A stretch of DNA of 64,000 bases from Candidatus Latescibacterota bacterium (GTDB lineage: Bacteria > Latescibacterota > UBA2968): NCBI GenBank assembly GCA_965198115.1, contig OZ240241.1:5824001-5888000 (forward strand), written 5' to 3'. Position numbers and translations under genes: made by a program. A model generated the notes under the pieces. That model saw nothing but the letters and a program-made list of their open reading frames with translations, did not search any database and was not told where the DNA came from. Numbering within the stretch: the stretch's first letter is position 1; each line of letters starts with the position of its first letter. Shown piece after piece: positions 41,677 to 51,625 of the stretch.

Positions 41677-43174
41677 CTATCCCCGCAATTTCTCGAAATC
41701 GATATCAAGATTCCGCGACTTGTAGACGACGATGACCCCCCGTCGCGGCGATTCGTTCATCCACGGATAGGCACCGTGCGACTGGGCAGCGCCCATAAAG
41801 ATGAGCACGTCACCCGCGTTCATTTCCACGTGCTTGACCATCCCCATCTCTTCTTCGCACAGGCTCAGCGCATCGGGCATCGGATAGTTTGCCTTGTGGC
41901 TGCCGGGGACGCAGACATACCCACCGTCGCCGGCGTTCGTATCCACGAGCTGCCACGCGACGTTGACTTGCTCCGAGTAGACTCTTCCGTTCTGTAAGAC
42001 ATAGGTGTTTCGAGGCGAGGTCGGCTCGGGCGTACTGTGGACGTAGAGCCCGGAAGTCCCCTTCTCATAGTGAATGGCTCTGGCGCGGCTCAGGCAGTAA
42101 CCGCTTCCCATCATCCAGTTCAGGCGCTGGATGACGGCCGGGTGCGCGGCCATTCTGCGGAACGGTTCGCAGTACGGGTCTGGCAGATGGAAGAGTCCGT
42201 AGAGCGCGGGGTAGCGTGATCCAGCAAGCCTTTTGGAACCACGTGTGCCGTCATTACCGTATTCCAGTCGATCGGCGTAGACATCCATGGCCTCGTGGGC
42301 TGCCTCGATCCACGCTTCGTCCATCACATTCCTGATGAGGACGTAGCCGCACAGATCCCAGAAGTAGAATTCCTTCTCGTCGATGCCTGATTCGGGATCG
42401 GGTGCGTGAATCGATGGATGATACCGTGCCTCGGTTTTTTCAACGTGACAGGTCTGCCCGTCGGATTTGATGACAGATGAGAGCGACTCTTTCGCCGACA
42501 GAACGGCGCCTTGCTCCGGCGACATCCCTTCCCAACCGGAAGTCTCCCCTATGATGGCGTCGTTCGACCCTCTCACGAGACCGCTGATGTAACCGAATTC
42601 AAGAAGCCTCTGCTTTCCGTCTCCGTTCCACGGTCGAAGCCCGTGGAGGACGTTCTGAGCGCACAGGATCAGGTCGCCCGCCTTGAGCACCGGCTGCTCG
42701 GCCAGACCCATATCGTCCGTGCCATCGAGGAGGTCCGCGGGCGTTTCCAGGTCGCTCCGATGGGTACCGGGCACGAGGACCAACCCGCCGTCGCCCGGGT
42801 TCACGTCGGCCAGTGCCTAGATCGCGAGCACACCGTGGCAGTAACGAATATGATTTCGTTGCTGGTAGGCGCGAGACCAGTTGCGTGGTTCGTTGCCGCC
42901 GGTGAGAGAGGTAGATGACGCGGTAGTCTCGTCGAGGAGACGCGGGGGCTGGCCCTGACGAGCATCGCCCCAACAGAGCTCTTCGAGGTATCCGACGACA
43001 AGAGGATGATCGCGAAGCTGACGAAGGGGATCGGCCAGAGCGTCCGCATCAATCTCCCCGCTAGGGACTTCGTCCAGAGCCTGGTTGCACGTAGCCAGTT
43101 CTGCCTTCAGTCAGCACGTTCCGCAGAATCAGATATCCCGCCACGTCGAAGCGGTAATCCTCTTCGTGACTCAT
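41677..43174 (-). pseudogene. Two-domain phytanoyl-CoA dioxygenase-family gene with frameshifts and an in-frame TAG
   Basis: MSHEEDYRFDVAGYLILRNVL start; frameshifts near 43107 and 42970; TAG at 42817-42819 in VLAI*ALAD; second domain intact (VPGSHK, HGAYPW). Confidence 0.8.
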
Positions 43175-43253
43175 CGGCTCTGTGTCCACAGTCTCTCTCC
43201 CTGGACTCACCGGGCTCTGCCCGGGGACCTTGTTACGATATCCGCGCTCGCTT

Positions 43254-43374
43254 GTCCCCGTGCTCTGCACTGGGACGCAGAGTTTTGTTCCAATGCTGAA
43301 AGTGGTTGGTCTGTGCCTCTAGCACGAGACGAGACTCGACACCCCTTGGCCCCCGTGCGGAGCACGGAGGCGAG
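43254..43374. repeat. REP doublet (GTGCTCTGCAC family)
   Basis: TCCCCGTGCTCTGCACTGGGAC ... CCCCGTGCGGAGCACGGAGG. Confidence 0.6.
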
Positions 43375-43430
43375 CGAAGCGCAAGCTCGTTGTATTCCGG
43401 GCAGAGCCCGGAACGAATTCCCCTGCGATC

Positions 43431-44903
43431 CTACACGAACCGGAACGTGTACAGCTTCGTCGCGCGCATCATCACACGCAGGCGAATCGGCCCCTTGACA
43501 TCGATACGGTTGCCCTTGCCGTTCCACGACACGCGTTTCTGAATCGCGTTGGCCGTAACGGTCTGACACTCCTTGAAAGTATAGCCCTCCAAAGCACGTC
43601 CCTCCGCATCCAGGAGCTCGACCAGGAGCCAGCCTCCGGAACCGCAGTCGACGTTGAGTTCAAGCTCGTTGCCGTCGAACGTGAGTGGGGGCGTGGTGAA
43701 CTCTCCGCCAGCCATACTCGTATCCGCGGAGACGAACCCGTCACGGCGGAGGACGGCTCGGAAGAGACCCGAGTTCGAACCGTCGCGCTCATCCTCATTG
43801 TGTTTATCTCCACGCCCACCGTAGTAGATCCACGTCTCCGTTTCGGTGTGGATGGGCCAGACGCCGGCCATCACCATTCCGCCGTCCGGGGCGCCATCGA
43901 AACCTCGACGGATGAAGGGTTCACGGTTTCCCTGTCGTGTCCAGGTGATGCCGTCCCGACTCGTGAGGAGCTTCACGTCCATCGTGGCCGGCCCGTCGTC
44001 GGCTTCCCAGTGGTGATAAGCGGCTGGCAGCATAAAGTAGGCGTCGTCGCCTTCCGGATGTTTATAGGCGGCGTTCGTGTAGAAGTCCATCTGGGGTCGC
44101 TCGACGCGATTGAACGGCAACGGCGATCCGAGCTCGACGGCATCACCTTCCAGGACGATGAGGGTGGGCTGCGACCAGGTCTTGAAATCGGGTGACGTGA
44201 TTCGCCCGACTGAGCGGTAGCGCTTCCCGTGTTCCATCTCGGCGGCCTCGTCCCGTCGCTGGGTTTCGTGCACACGTGTGTAGCCGACGTAGCAGTCGTA
44301 TTTGTCGTCCCAGAAGAAGACGTTCTGCGTGTCGCACATCTGATTGGGCGGGTTGGGCTGATTGTCATCGTAGGTCCAGTGGACCCCGTCGGGTGAATGC
44401 ATCGCCCAGAGCCCGGGCTGGGTACCCGCTTCGATCTCCGCATCCGCCGGCTGGTATTTCGTCCAAAGGCGGTAACGTTCTTCGGCGGGTGCTCGGTCGT
44501 CGATGTAGACGGTCCCGCCCTGCATGCTCTGACGCTCATCCAGCGGAGCGACGATGTTGTTGGCCGTGGAACCCTGGAAGGTGTTGAGGTTGAGTTCAGG
44601 TTTGTGCCACGCCAGACCGTCCTCCGATTCCGCGTAGCACAGCCTCACCGCGCCTTCCTGCGGATAACCGGATATGTAGAGCCCTCCGTACCAGAGCCGA
44701 AACTGCTTCTCGCCCTCGCGGATGATCGTGTTGTAACCGCTGATGCCCTGACGCTCCCACGGTTTGTCCGGGCGCATCACCGGTTCCGGGGATTGCGCGG
44801 GTGGATTCATGCACAGCCCAATGCCAGTCGATCGATCGAAGTACCGATGGTCGATGAAGAAATGCTTTTGCGATCCCGCGTCGATGACGTTCTGCTCAGC
44901 CAT
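43431..44903 (-). CDS. Five-bladed beta-propeller glycosidase-like protein (GH32/43/130-like)
   Basis: YAESEDGLAWHKPEL, SPDGVHW, SRDGITW, LRRDGFVS; paralog at 58726. Confidence 0.6.
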   Translation of the reverse strand: MAEQNVIDAGSQKHFFIDHRYFDRSTGIGLCMNPPAQSPEPVMRPDKPWERQGISGYNTIIREGEKQFRLWYGGLYISGYPQEGAVRLCYAESEDGLAWHKPELNLNTFQGSTANNIVAPLDERQSMQGGTVYIDDRAPAEERYRLWTKYQPADAEIEAGTQPGLWAMHSPDGVHWTYDDNQPNPPNQMCDTQNVFFWDDKYDCYVGYTRVHETQRRDEAAEMEHGKRYRSVGRITSPDFKTWSQPTLIVLEGDAVELGSPLPFNRVERPQMDFYTNAAYKHPEGDDAYFMLPAAYHHWEADDGPATMDVKLLTSRDGITWTRQGNREPFIRRGFDGAPDGGMVMAGVWPIHTETETWIYYGGRGDKHNEDERDGSNSGLFRAVLRRDGFVSADTSMAGGEFTTPPLTFDGNELELNVDCGSGGWLLVELLDAEGRALEGYTFKECQTVTANAIQKRVSWNGKGNRIDVKGPIRLRVMMRATKLYTFRFV

Positions 44904-45012
44904 TACTCACCTCACGTTTGGGGCTCATTGAGAGCATTCGAACCACAGATCACACAGAGCACACCGAATGGACACCCCTCTGTCTATTCTGTGTGTTCTG
45001 TGGCTTCTATTC

Positions 45013-45957
45013 TCACGCCGCGATCGCTGCCAGCATCGCTTTTATGTAACCCACCGAGTAGGCGAGGGCGTGGGTGTTCTTACCTGGCGCGTCCCCTTCG
45101 AGAGAGGGGTAGTGATCGGGGTGGAGACAGCCGTCGAACCCGAGACGATGAAGCTCCTGTACGATCTTGAACATGTTCATGTCGCCGTCATCGAGCAGCA
45201 CTTCTTCGAAGGCACGCGCTGACGCGAAGCTTCCACGGAGGTTGCGGAAGTGGACCTCGAAGATGCGGCCTTTTCGACAGTAGTTGTTGATCTCATCGAG
45301 AACGAGAGTAAGGCCGCCCGCCTCGCCGCGTGTTCCGCAGCAATAGAGATAGCCGACACAGGGATTGGGAAATGCGTCGATAAGGCGGTGGAAACCGAGA
45401 CCGTCGAACAGGACGTCCTGTGTCGGAGGGTCGGACGGGTGCATCATGAGCCGAACGCCGGATTCGGTTGCGACGGGAACCAGTCTTCGGTAGGCGTCAC
45501 AGACTCGCTGCCATCGTTGCTCTCTGACCTCGCGGGAGGGCGTCTCACCGTTCGGGTCACGAGCCAACGTCTCGCCTCGGGTCCTGTGACCGCCTCGATG
45601 GTCGGTCTGGTAGCGGTCGATCATCCAGTCGTCTGCGGAATAGGCACAGTGAACCCGGCCGAGGGGATAGCCCGCTTCGCCCAGCACCCGGACGGATTCG
45701 CACGCGACGTCGAGTTCGGCCTCCGAGCCGTCCTCGTTATTCATGAAGGATTCCGATAAACCGGGCAGGCTGATGCGGTTCACGCTCATGCCCCAGGATT
45801 CGACCTTTTTCCGAACTGCGATGGCTTCATCCAGGTCGAACACGCCCCTGTCGTCGGTTGGCAAGGGCACCGCATCGGCGCATTCGACACCGATCTGAGA
45901 CAGAAAACGGAGATTGGAATCGGACAAATCCTGGCACCAGGTGGCGACTCGGATCAT
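45013..45957 (-). CDS. Mannonate dehydratase-like protein
   Basis: MHPSDPP, CCGTRGE, VHFRNL, GDMNM, PDHYP, YSVGYIKAM. Confidence 0.82.
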   Translation of the reverse strand: MIRVATWCQDLSDSNLRFLSQIGVECADAVPLPTDDRGVFDLDEAIAVRKKVESWGMSVNRISLPGLSESFMNNEDGSEAELDVACESVRVLGEAGYPLGRVHCAYSADDWMIDRYQTDHRGGHRTRGETLARDPNGETPSREVREQRWQRVCDAYRRLVPVATESGVRLMMHPSDPPTQDVLFDGLGFHRLIDAFPNPCVGYLYCCGTRGEAGGLTLVLDEINNYCRKGRIFEVHFRNLRGSFASARAFEEVLLDDGDMNMFKIVQELHRLGFDGCLHPDHYPSLEGDAPGKNTHALAYSVGYIKAMLAAIAA

Positions 45958-46106
45958 GAAGGGCTCCTATGGATTGGGGAACGGTATCGGCCCCGAGGAG
46001 TCAGGGGTCCACAACGGTTTTTTCTTCTCACGGTTCGTCCATTTCGCTATCTAGGCGGACGTAAGGGAATTTCTGTGTCCACCTCTCGCCACAGGAAGGA
46101 AACACG

Positions 46107-46532
46107 ATGACCCAAGAACAGCGAGGAAGAAAGGACCTGGTCGAGTATCCGATTCAGGACAATCTACGGCTGGATGTCTACTGGCGGGATGATAAGGCTG
46201 GATTCGGTCCCGCGGCATCGGTCTATGCCTACGATAAGGAGGTCCTGCGACTGGATTGCTTTGGGGAGGCCAAGAAGCAGGGCGGCAAGGGCCACTGCCA
46301 CATGAACCTAGAGCAAACGGGAGGAAGGCAGTGGATGTATCCACCGGGCTCCGTCACGGAGCATATCGATCACGCCATACACGACTTGAGACAGAATCTG
46401 AATTTCTGTTTGGTGACGAATCCGGACGAAAAGATCCAGGAGATCAAGGTCAGCTCGAAGACAATCGAACCGATCGCCGAGAAAGCCGAGAAGGACCTTC
46501 GTGCGTTTGCGGGCCAGCTCGAGCTCCCGTAG
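46107..46532 (+). CDS. Hypothetical protein
   Basis: 141 aa with AGGAAGGA SD; LRLDCF...GHCH motif. Confidence 0.7.
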   Translation: MTQEQRGRKDLVEYPIQDNLRLDVYWRDDKAGFGPAASVYAYDKEVLRLDCFGEAKKQGGKGHCHMNLEQTGGRQWMYPPGSVTEHIDHAIHDLRQNLNFCLVTNPDEKIQEIKVSSKTIEPIAEKAEKDLRAFAGQLELP

Positions 46533-46535
46533 TGG

Positions 46536-47390
46536 TCAGGACGGGCGTCTTTGCCCCAGGAGATCGAGTAGCTGATCACTGGCGACCTGGAGCGCGTCAT
46601 CGGGGATCGGGACGCGGTTCGCACAGCCGAACCGCCGCCACGCCCAGTTGACGGCGTACTGCGATTGTATCAGGTAGCGCGTTCGGTCGGAGGTGTTGGG
46701 TGCGCCTCGATGCCAGCACTGGGGGTCCTGAAAGTAGATGTCACCCGCTTTGCAGAAGACGGACACGGGCCCCTTGCCTTCAAACTCGGGATGATCCTGG
46801 TTGTTCGGTTCGCGTCCGGAGAAATGACTGCCAGGCACGTATTGCGTCGGGCCGTGTTCGTCGGTTTCGATGTCGCTGAGCGCCATCTGGACGGTGAACC
46901 ACAGCACCGGCGGACGAATTCGAGGATCGTGACGGGGGACGTCGTCGGGAACAGGAAAGTGGACTGCGCCGTCGCAGTGCCATTTCTCGATCGCGACGCC
47001 AGCGGAGTTGCGCAGTACGTTCTGCCCGCAGAACTTGCAATCCGGCCCGACGATCGCCTCGGCCAGGCTGAGGATGGGTTCGCGCAGCAGCATGTCACGA
47101 AAAATCGAGTCGAGTTCGATCGTGTTTCGAAGGATGAAAGGCAATATCTCCCCTGTTTCTGAATGCGCCTTCGTCTGGACGTAACGGATGTCGCTCAGAT
47201 CAGGGTTCTCTCTGGCTGCGAGGACGGGATCGTCGAGTAGGGCGTCCGTTCTCTCTTTCAAGGCGGATATCTCGTCGGGCTCGAGTACGCCGGGGACGTG
47301 GACGAACCCGTCACGGTGCAGGGCGTCGACGATCTCTTGAGTTTCGGCTTCGCTGTATGGTTGACCTTCGAGAATAGGGCTGGATGCCAT
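46536..47390 (-). CDS. Phytanoyl-CoA dioxygenase-family protein (HxD)
   Basis: LHRDGF, WHCD, GPTQYVPGSH, CWHRG, R. Confidence 0.88.
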   Translation of the reverse strand: MASSPILEGQPYSEAETQEIVDALHRDGFVHVPGVLEPDEISALKERTDALLDDPVLAARENPDLSDIRYVQTKAHSETGEILPFILRNTIELDSIFRDMLLREPILSLAEAIVGPDCKFCGQNVLRNSAGVAIEKWHCDGAVHFPVPDDVPRHDPRIRPPVLWFTVQMALSDIETDEHGPTQYVPGSHFSGREPNNQDHPEFEGKGPVSVFCKAGDIYFQDPQCWHRGAPNTSDRTRYLIQSQYAVNWAWRRFGCANRVPIPDDALQVASDQLLDLLGQRRPS

Positions 47391-47497
47391 GATCCCTCCT
47401 GGCAGTTGCGGGTTCGGAAGTGTTAGCAATCGAATCGGAGACGGAGTAAGTTGGGGCATTCTCAGCCCCGACACCACATCGAATCGAAAAGTCAGTC

Positions 47498-48676
47498 TTG
47501 AAAATCGAATCCATCGACTTCCAGATCCTCGAGGGCGAGCCGGTAGAGCCAGAGTGGCGACCCTACCGTACGATGATCGAATATCCCGATTCGCACCGGT
47601 TCGGCCACAAGCCGTTCGAGGGCGAAGGGATCAAGCTGGGGGCGAGACCAACCTATACGTGCGTGCTACGCATCCGGACCGACGAGAATCTCGAGACGTG
47701 TGAGATCTTTGGCTCGCGCTTCAGCCGTGAACAGATCGAGTGGGAAGCGCAGACGTTCAAGCTGCAGTGGGGGCCGGAGTTGGTCGGCGCCAACGCGTTG
47801 GACCGGGAGTACATGTGTCACAAGATGTGGATGGCCCGTCGCTATTTCCACATGCCCTCGCAGCTTCCCCTTACCTTAATCGATCAGCTCCTGTGGGACC
47901 TGGCCGGTCTCAAGGCACAGCTGCCAGTGCACAAGCTGCTCGGAGGGTTCAGGGATCGCGTGCCTGCCTACCTCACGGAAGCCAGCCGAAACCACGAACA
48001 GACGCTCGAGACGGCGCAGAAGGCGAAGGAGCTGGGCTACAAAGGGTTCAAAGATCATTCGATGCTGGGGGTCGAAGCGAACCTGGCACTCGCCAAAGAG
48101 CTGAGAGATCTGGTGGGTGACGAGATGGTGCTGCTGCACGATCCCGTGCAGCAGTACTCGGTGGAAGATGCGATCAAGGTGGGGCGTCGCCTGTGGGATC
48201 TCGACTACCTCTGGATCGAGGAACCGCTCCAGGAAGAGGACATTATCGGATTGAAGCGACTTTCCGACGCAATTGAACTTCCCGTTTTGGCGTTGGAATC
48301 GAACCTCGGACATCCATACGTGGCCGTTCCCTATCTGCAAAATGATGCGATCGATATGGTGCGGAACGTCGCGATGGGCATTACGGGTCAGATGAAGCTG
48401 GCCAATTTGGCGGAAATGTTCGGGAAGCCTGCCCACGGCGGGAACGTGCACGTGGTTGCAGCCGTTCGAAACGATGATTGGTACGAACACCACGCGAGGA
48501 ATGCGTTCAAACGCGGTGACAACAGCCCGGGAAGGCCCCTGTCGTTGGCCGTAGGAGGTCTGATTCGAGATACGTTCGAAGTCCGCGACGGCTATATGTA
48601 CGTTCCGCAGACCCCAGGTCTCGGCCGAGAGATCGATTGGGAACAGATTGAAGCGAGAACGATTAATACAATTTAG
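47498..48676 (+). CDS. Mandelate racemase/muconate lactonizing enzyme family, tandem copy A
   Basis: WDLAG, LLGGFR, FKDH, HDP, WIEEP, PGLG; TTG start. Confidence 0.88.
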   Translation: MKIESIDFQILEGEPVEPEWRPYRTMIEYPDSHRFGHKPFEGEGIKLGARPTYTCVLRIRTDENLETCEIFGSRFSREQIEWEAQTFKLQWGPELVGANALDREYMCHKMWMARRYFHMPSQLPLTLIDQLLWDLAGLKAQLPVHKLLGGFRDRVPAYLTEASRNHEQTLETAQKAKELGYKGFKDHSMLGVEANLALAKELRDLVGDEMVLLHDPVQQYSVEDAIKVGRRLWDLDYLWIEEPLQEEDIIGLKRLSDAIELPVLALESNLGHPYVAVPYLQNDAIDMVRNVAMGITGQMKLANLAEMFGKPAHGGNVHVVAAVRNDDWYEHHARNAFKRGDNSPGRPLSLAVGGLIRDTFEVRDGYMYVPQTPGLGREIDWEQIEARTINTI

Positions 48677-48727
48677 AATTAGGGAATCAGTGAATTAGGG
48701 AATCAGTGAATTAGGAAATTGAGGGAA
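48677..48727 (+). repeat. Short tandem repeat (AATTAGGGAATCAGTG x2 plus degenerate units)
   Basis: Similar GGGAATTA/GGAATCA octamer runs follow stop codons at ~19684, 50120, 51461 and 54928. Confidence 0.7.
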
Positions 48728-48907
48728 TGTCATCCCGGTACGCTTCTTAGAGAGCCTGTCAGAGCCTGCTTCGAGCGAAGCGAGAAGAACGTATGTGAGG
48801 GGGGCCCATTTTGACTTTCGCAATGATGGGAGAATGGATCCCCTTCTACAAGCTCCCTTCGGCAGGCTCAGGACAGCCAGGCGGCTCCCAACAACGCCGG
48901 GATGACA
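48728..48907. repeat. REP doublet carrying two internal insertions
   Basis: Aligns with the shorter 50161-50252 copy apart from inserts at ~48749-48798 and ~48842-48882. Confidence 0.7.
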
Positions 48908-48941
48908 ACGCTCTTTCAATGGCGCTACTCATAGGTCACCC

Positions 48942-50120
48942 ATGAAAATCGAATCCATCGACTTCCAGATCCTAGAGGGCGAGCCGGTAGAGCCCGAGTG
49001 GCGGCCCTACCGAACGATGATCGAATATCCCGATTCGCACCGGTTTGGACACAAACCGTTCGAGGGCGAAGGGATCAAGCTGGAGGCGAGACCAACATAT
49101 ACTTGCGTGCTGCGCATCCGAACAGACGAGAATATCGAGACGTGTGGAATCTTCGGCTCACGCTTCAGCCGTGAACAGATAGAGTGGGAAGCGCAGACAT
49201 TCAAGCTGCAGTGGGAGCCGGAGTTGGTCGGCGCCAATGCGTTGGACCGTGAGTACATGTGGCACAAGATGTGGATGGCCCGCCGCTACTTTCACATGCC
49301 GGTGATCCTCCCTCTCTCCACAATTGATCAGCTGCTCTGGGACCTGGCCGGTCTCAAGGCTCAGCTGCCAGTGCACAAACTGCTTGGTGGGTTCCGAGAT
49401 CGTGTGCCGGCCTACCTGACAGAGGCCAGCCGCAATCACGAGCAGACACTCGAGACGGCGCAGAAAGCGAAAGAGCTGGGTTACAAAGGGTTCAAAGATC
49501 ACTCGATGCTGGGGGTCGAAGCGAATTTAGCGCTTGCCAAGGATCTGAGAGATCTGGTGGGTGACGAGATGGTGCTGATGCACGATCCTGTGCAGCAGTA
49601 TTCGGTGGAAGATGCCATCAAGGTGGGTCGTCGTCTGTGGGATCTGGATTACCTCTGGATCGAGGAGCCACTGCAGGAGGTCGACATCATCGGGCTCAAG
49701 CGGCTCTCCGACGCGATTGAACTTCCCGTCTTGGCGCTGGAATCGAACCTCGGGCATCCTTACGTGGCCGTGCCCTATCTGCAGGACGACGCAATCGACA
49801 TGGTGCGGAACGTGGCGATGGGCATCACGGGTCAGTTCAAGCTGGCCAATCTGGCGGAAATGTTCGGGAAACCGGCTCACGGCGGGAACGTGCACGTGGT
49901 TGCCGCCGTCCGGAACGACGATTGGTACGAACATCACGCGAGGAACGCCTTCAAGCGCGGCGACAACGAACCGCGCCGCCCGCTTTCGTTGGCCGAGGGA
50001 GGCTTGATCCGGGAGACGTTCGAAGTACGCGACGGGTATATGTACGTTCCGCAGACACCGGGTCTCGGCCGAGAGATCGATTGGGAACAGATCGAAGCGA
50101 GAACGATCAACACAATCTGA
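48942..50120 (+). CDS. Mandelate racemase-family protein, tandem copy B
   Basis: 392 aa, nearly identical to copy A. Confidence 0.9.
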   Translation: MKIESIDFQILEGEPVEPEWRPYRTMIEYPDSHRFGHKPFEGEGIKLEARPTYTCVLRIRTDENIETCGIFGSRFSREQIEWEAQTFKLQWEPELVGANALDREYMWHKMWMARRYFHMPVILPLSTIDQLLWDLAGLKAQLPVHKLLGGFRDRVPAYLTEASRNHEQTLETAQKAKELGYKGFKDHSMLGVEANLALAKDLRDLVGDEMVLMHDPVQQYSVEDAIKVGRRLWDLDYLWIEEPLQEVDIIGLKRLSDAIELPVLALESNLGHPYVAVPYLQDDAIDMVRNVAMGITGQFKLANLAEMFGKPAHGGNVHVVAAVRNDDWYEHHARNAFKRGDNEPRRPLSLAEGGLIRETFEVRDGYMYVPQTPGLGREIDWEQIEARTINTI

Positions 50121-50160
50121 AATCAGGGAATCAGGAAATGAGGGAATTGAAGGCGAGAGA

Positions 50161-50252
50161 TGTCACCCCGGCATGTTTCTTGGCCGGGGCCCATTTTGAC
50201 TTTCGCAAAGATCGGAGAATAGATCCCGGCTCAAAACAATGCCGGGATGACA
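50161..50252. repeat. REP doublet (TGTCAYCCCGG family)
   Basis: TGTCACCCCGGC...GCCGGGGCCCA...AGATCCCGGC...GCCGGGATGACA. Confidence 0.75.
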
Positions 50253-50289
50253 CCGCTCTTTCATAGGCGCTGTAAATCGTAGGTAACCC

Positions 50290-51462
50290 ATGAAAATTGA
50301 ATCCATCGAGTTCCAGATCCTCGAAGGCGATCCGGTCGAACCCGAATGGCGTCCACTGCGAACGATGCGGGAGTATCCTGGGTCCCATAAAGTCCGGTTC
50401 GGTCATCGGCTCTACAGCGAAGAGGGTATCCGACTGGACCCACGACTGGCCTACACGTGTCTCATGCGGATCAGGACAGACGCGAATATCGAGACGATCG
50501 GCTCCTTCGACACCGGATGGGGAAAAGAGGATCTCGAGTGGGGTGCGCGGACGTTCAAAGTTCAGTGGGAGCCGGAGCTGGTCGGCTCCGATGCGCTTAA
50601 CCGTGAGTATATGTGGCACAAGATGTGGATGGCGCGTCGGTACTTTCACATGCATGCATCAACCGCGCCGCTGGTCTTGATCGATACGCTGCTCTGGGAC
50701 CTGGCGGGGCTGCACGCGAAGCTACCCGTCCACAAACTGCTCGGGGGGTTCAGGGATCGGGTGCCCGCGTACCTGACAGAGACGGGCATTCCCTACGAGG
50801 ACACGTTGAAGTCAGCCCAACGTGCGGTCGACGAAGGCTACCACGGCTTCAAGGATCACTCGATGCTGGGTGTCGAGACGAATCTCGCGCTGGCGAAGGA
50901 TATCCGCGACCTGGTCGGGGGTGACCTGGTGTTGATGCACGATCCCGTGCAGCAGTACTCGGTCGACGATGCGATCAAGGTGTCCCGCAGGCTCGAAGAA
51001 CTGGACTACATCTGGATCGAAGAGCCGCTGCAGGAGTTCGACATCAACGGGTTGAAACGATTGTCGGATGCGGTGGATCTGCCAGTGATGGCGCTCGAAT
51101 CGATTCAGGGGAACCCGTATCTCGCGACGCCCTACCTGGCGGCGAGTGCGATCGATATTGTGCGGCAAACCGGATTGGGCATCACGGGGCAGATGAAGCT
51201 GGCCAACCTGGCCGAGATGTTCGGAATGAATGCCCACGGCGGGCACCCACACGTCGTGGCTGCGATCCGCAATGACGACTGGTGGGAAGTGAGCGCGTGG
51301 CCGGCAACAGGGTCGGACCGTTCAATGGGAGGGTCGTTCCCGGGGTTGATCGGAGGAATGATGGAGATCCGGGACGGGTATATGTATGTTTCACAGGATC
51401 CTGGGCTGGGACGGTCGATCGATTGGGATCAGATCGAAGCCAGGACCATTATGAAAATATGA
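50290..51462 (+). CDS. Mandelate racemase-family protein, tandem copy C
   Basis: 390 aa, same motifs, more diverged than A and B. Confidence 0.9.
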   Translation: MKIESIEFQILEGDPVEPEWRPLRTMREYPGSHKVRFGHRLYSEEGIRLDPRLAYTCLMRIRTDANIETIGSFDTGWGKEDLEWGARTFKVQWEPELVGSDALNREYMWHKMWMARRYFHMHASTAPLVLIDTLLWDLAGLHAKLPVHKLLGGFRDRVPAYLTETGIPYEDTLKSAQRAVDEGYHGFKDHSMLGVETNLALAKDIRDLVGGDLVLMHDPVQQYSVDDAIKVSRRLEELDYIWIEEPLQEFDINGLKRLSDAVDLPVMALESIQGNPYLATPYLAASAIDIVRQTGLGITGQMKLANLAEMFGMNAHGGHPHVVAAIRNDDWWEVSAWPATGSDRSMGGSFPGLIGGMMEIRDGYMYVSQDPGLGRSIDWDQIEARTIMKI

Positions 51463-51625
51463 AATTAGGGGCTTAGGAAATCGGCGGATCGATCGTCGTT
51501 GAATGCGTTCTTGTCTGTACGGTTAGATCACGATTGGGTGGTCAGCCGGCTTCACCCGGCTTCGCTACCCTAGCGTGGGGCTTCAGCCCCACCCACCAAG
51601 GGGCCCACGGCCACCGAGGCGAACA

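Noticed and set aside
13700-42819. Stop-codon reassignment, selenocysteine or pyrrolysine at the in-frame TGA/TAG codons
   Set aside because: Many genes here end normally at TGA or TAG; the sites correspond to Trp/Arg rather than catalytic Cys; no Sec or Pyl machinery is in the window.
48677-48727. CRISPR array
   Set aside because: Short abutting tandem repeats without spacers; no cas genes.
47498-50120. Diversity-generating retroelement template/variable pair
   Set aside because: No reverse transcriptase; differences are mostly synonymous, spread along the gene and not adenine-specific.
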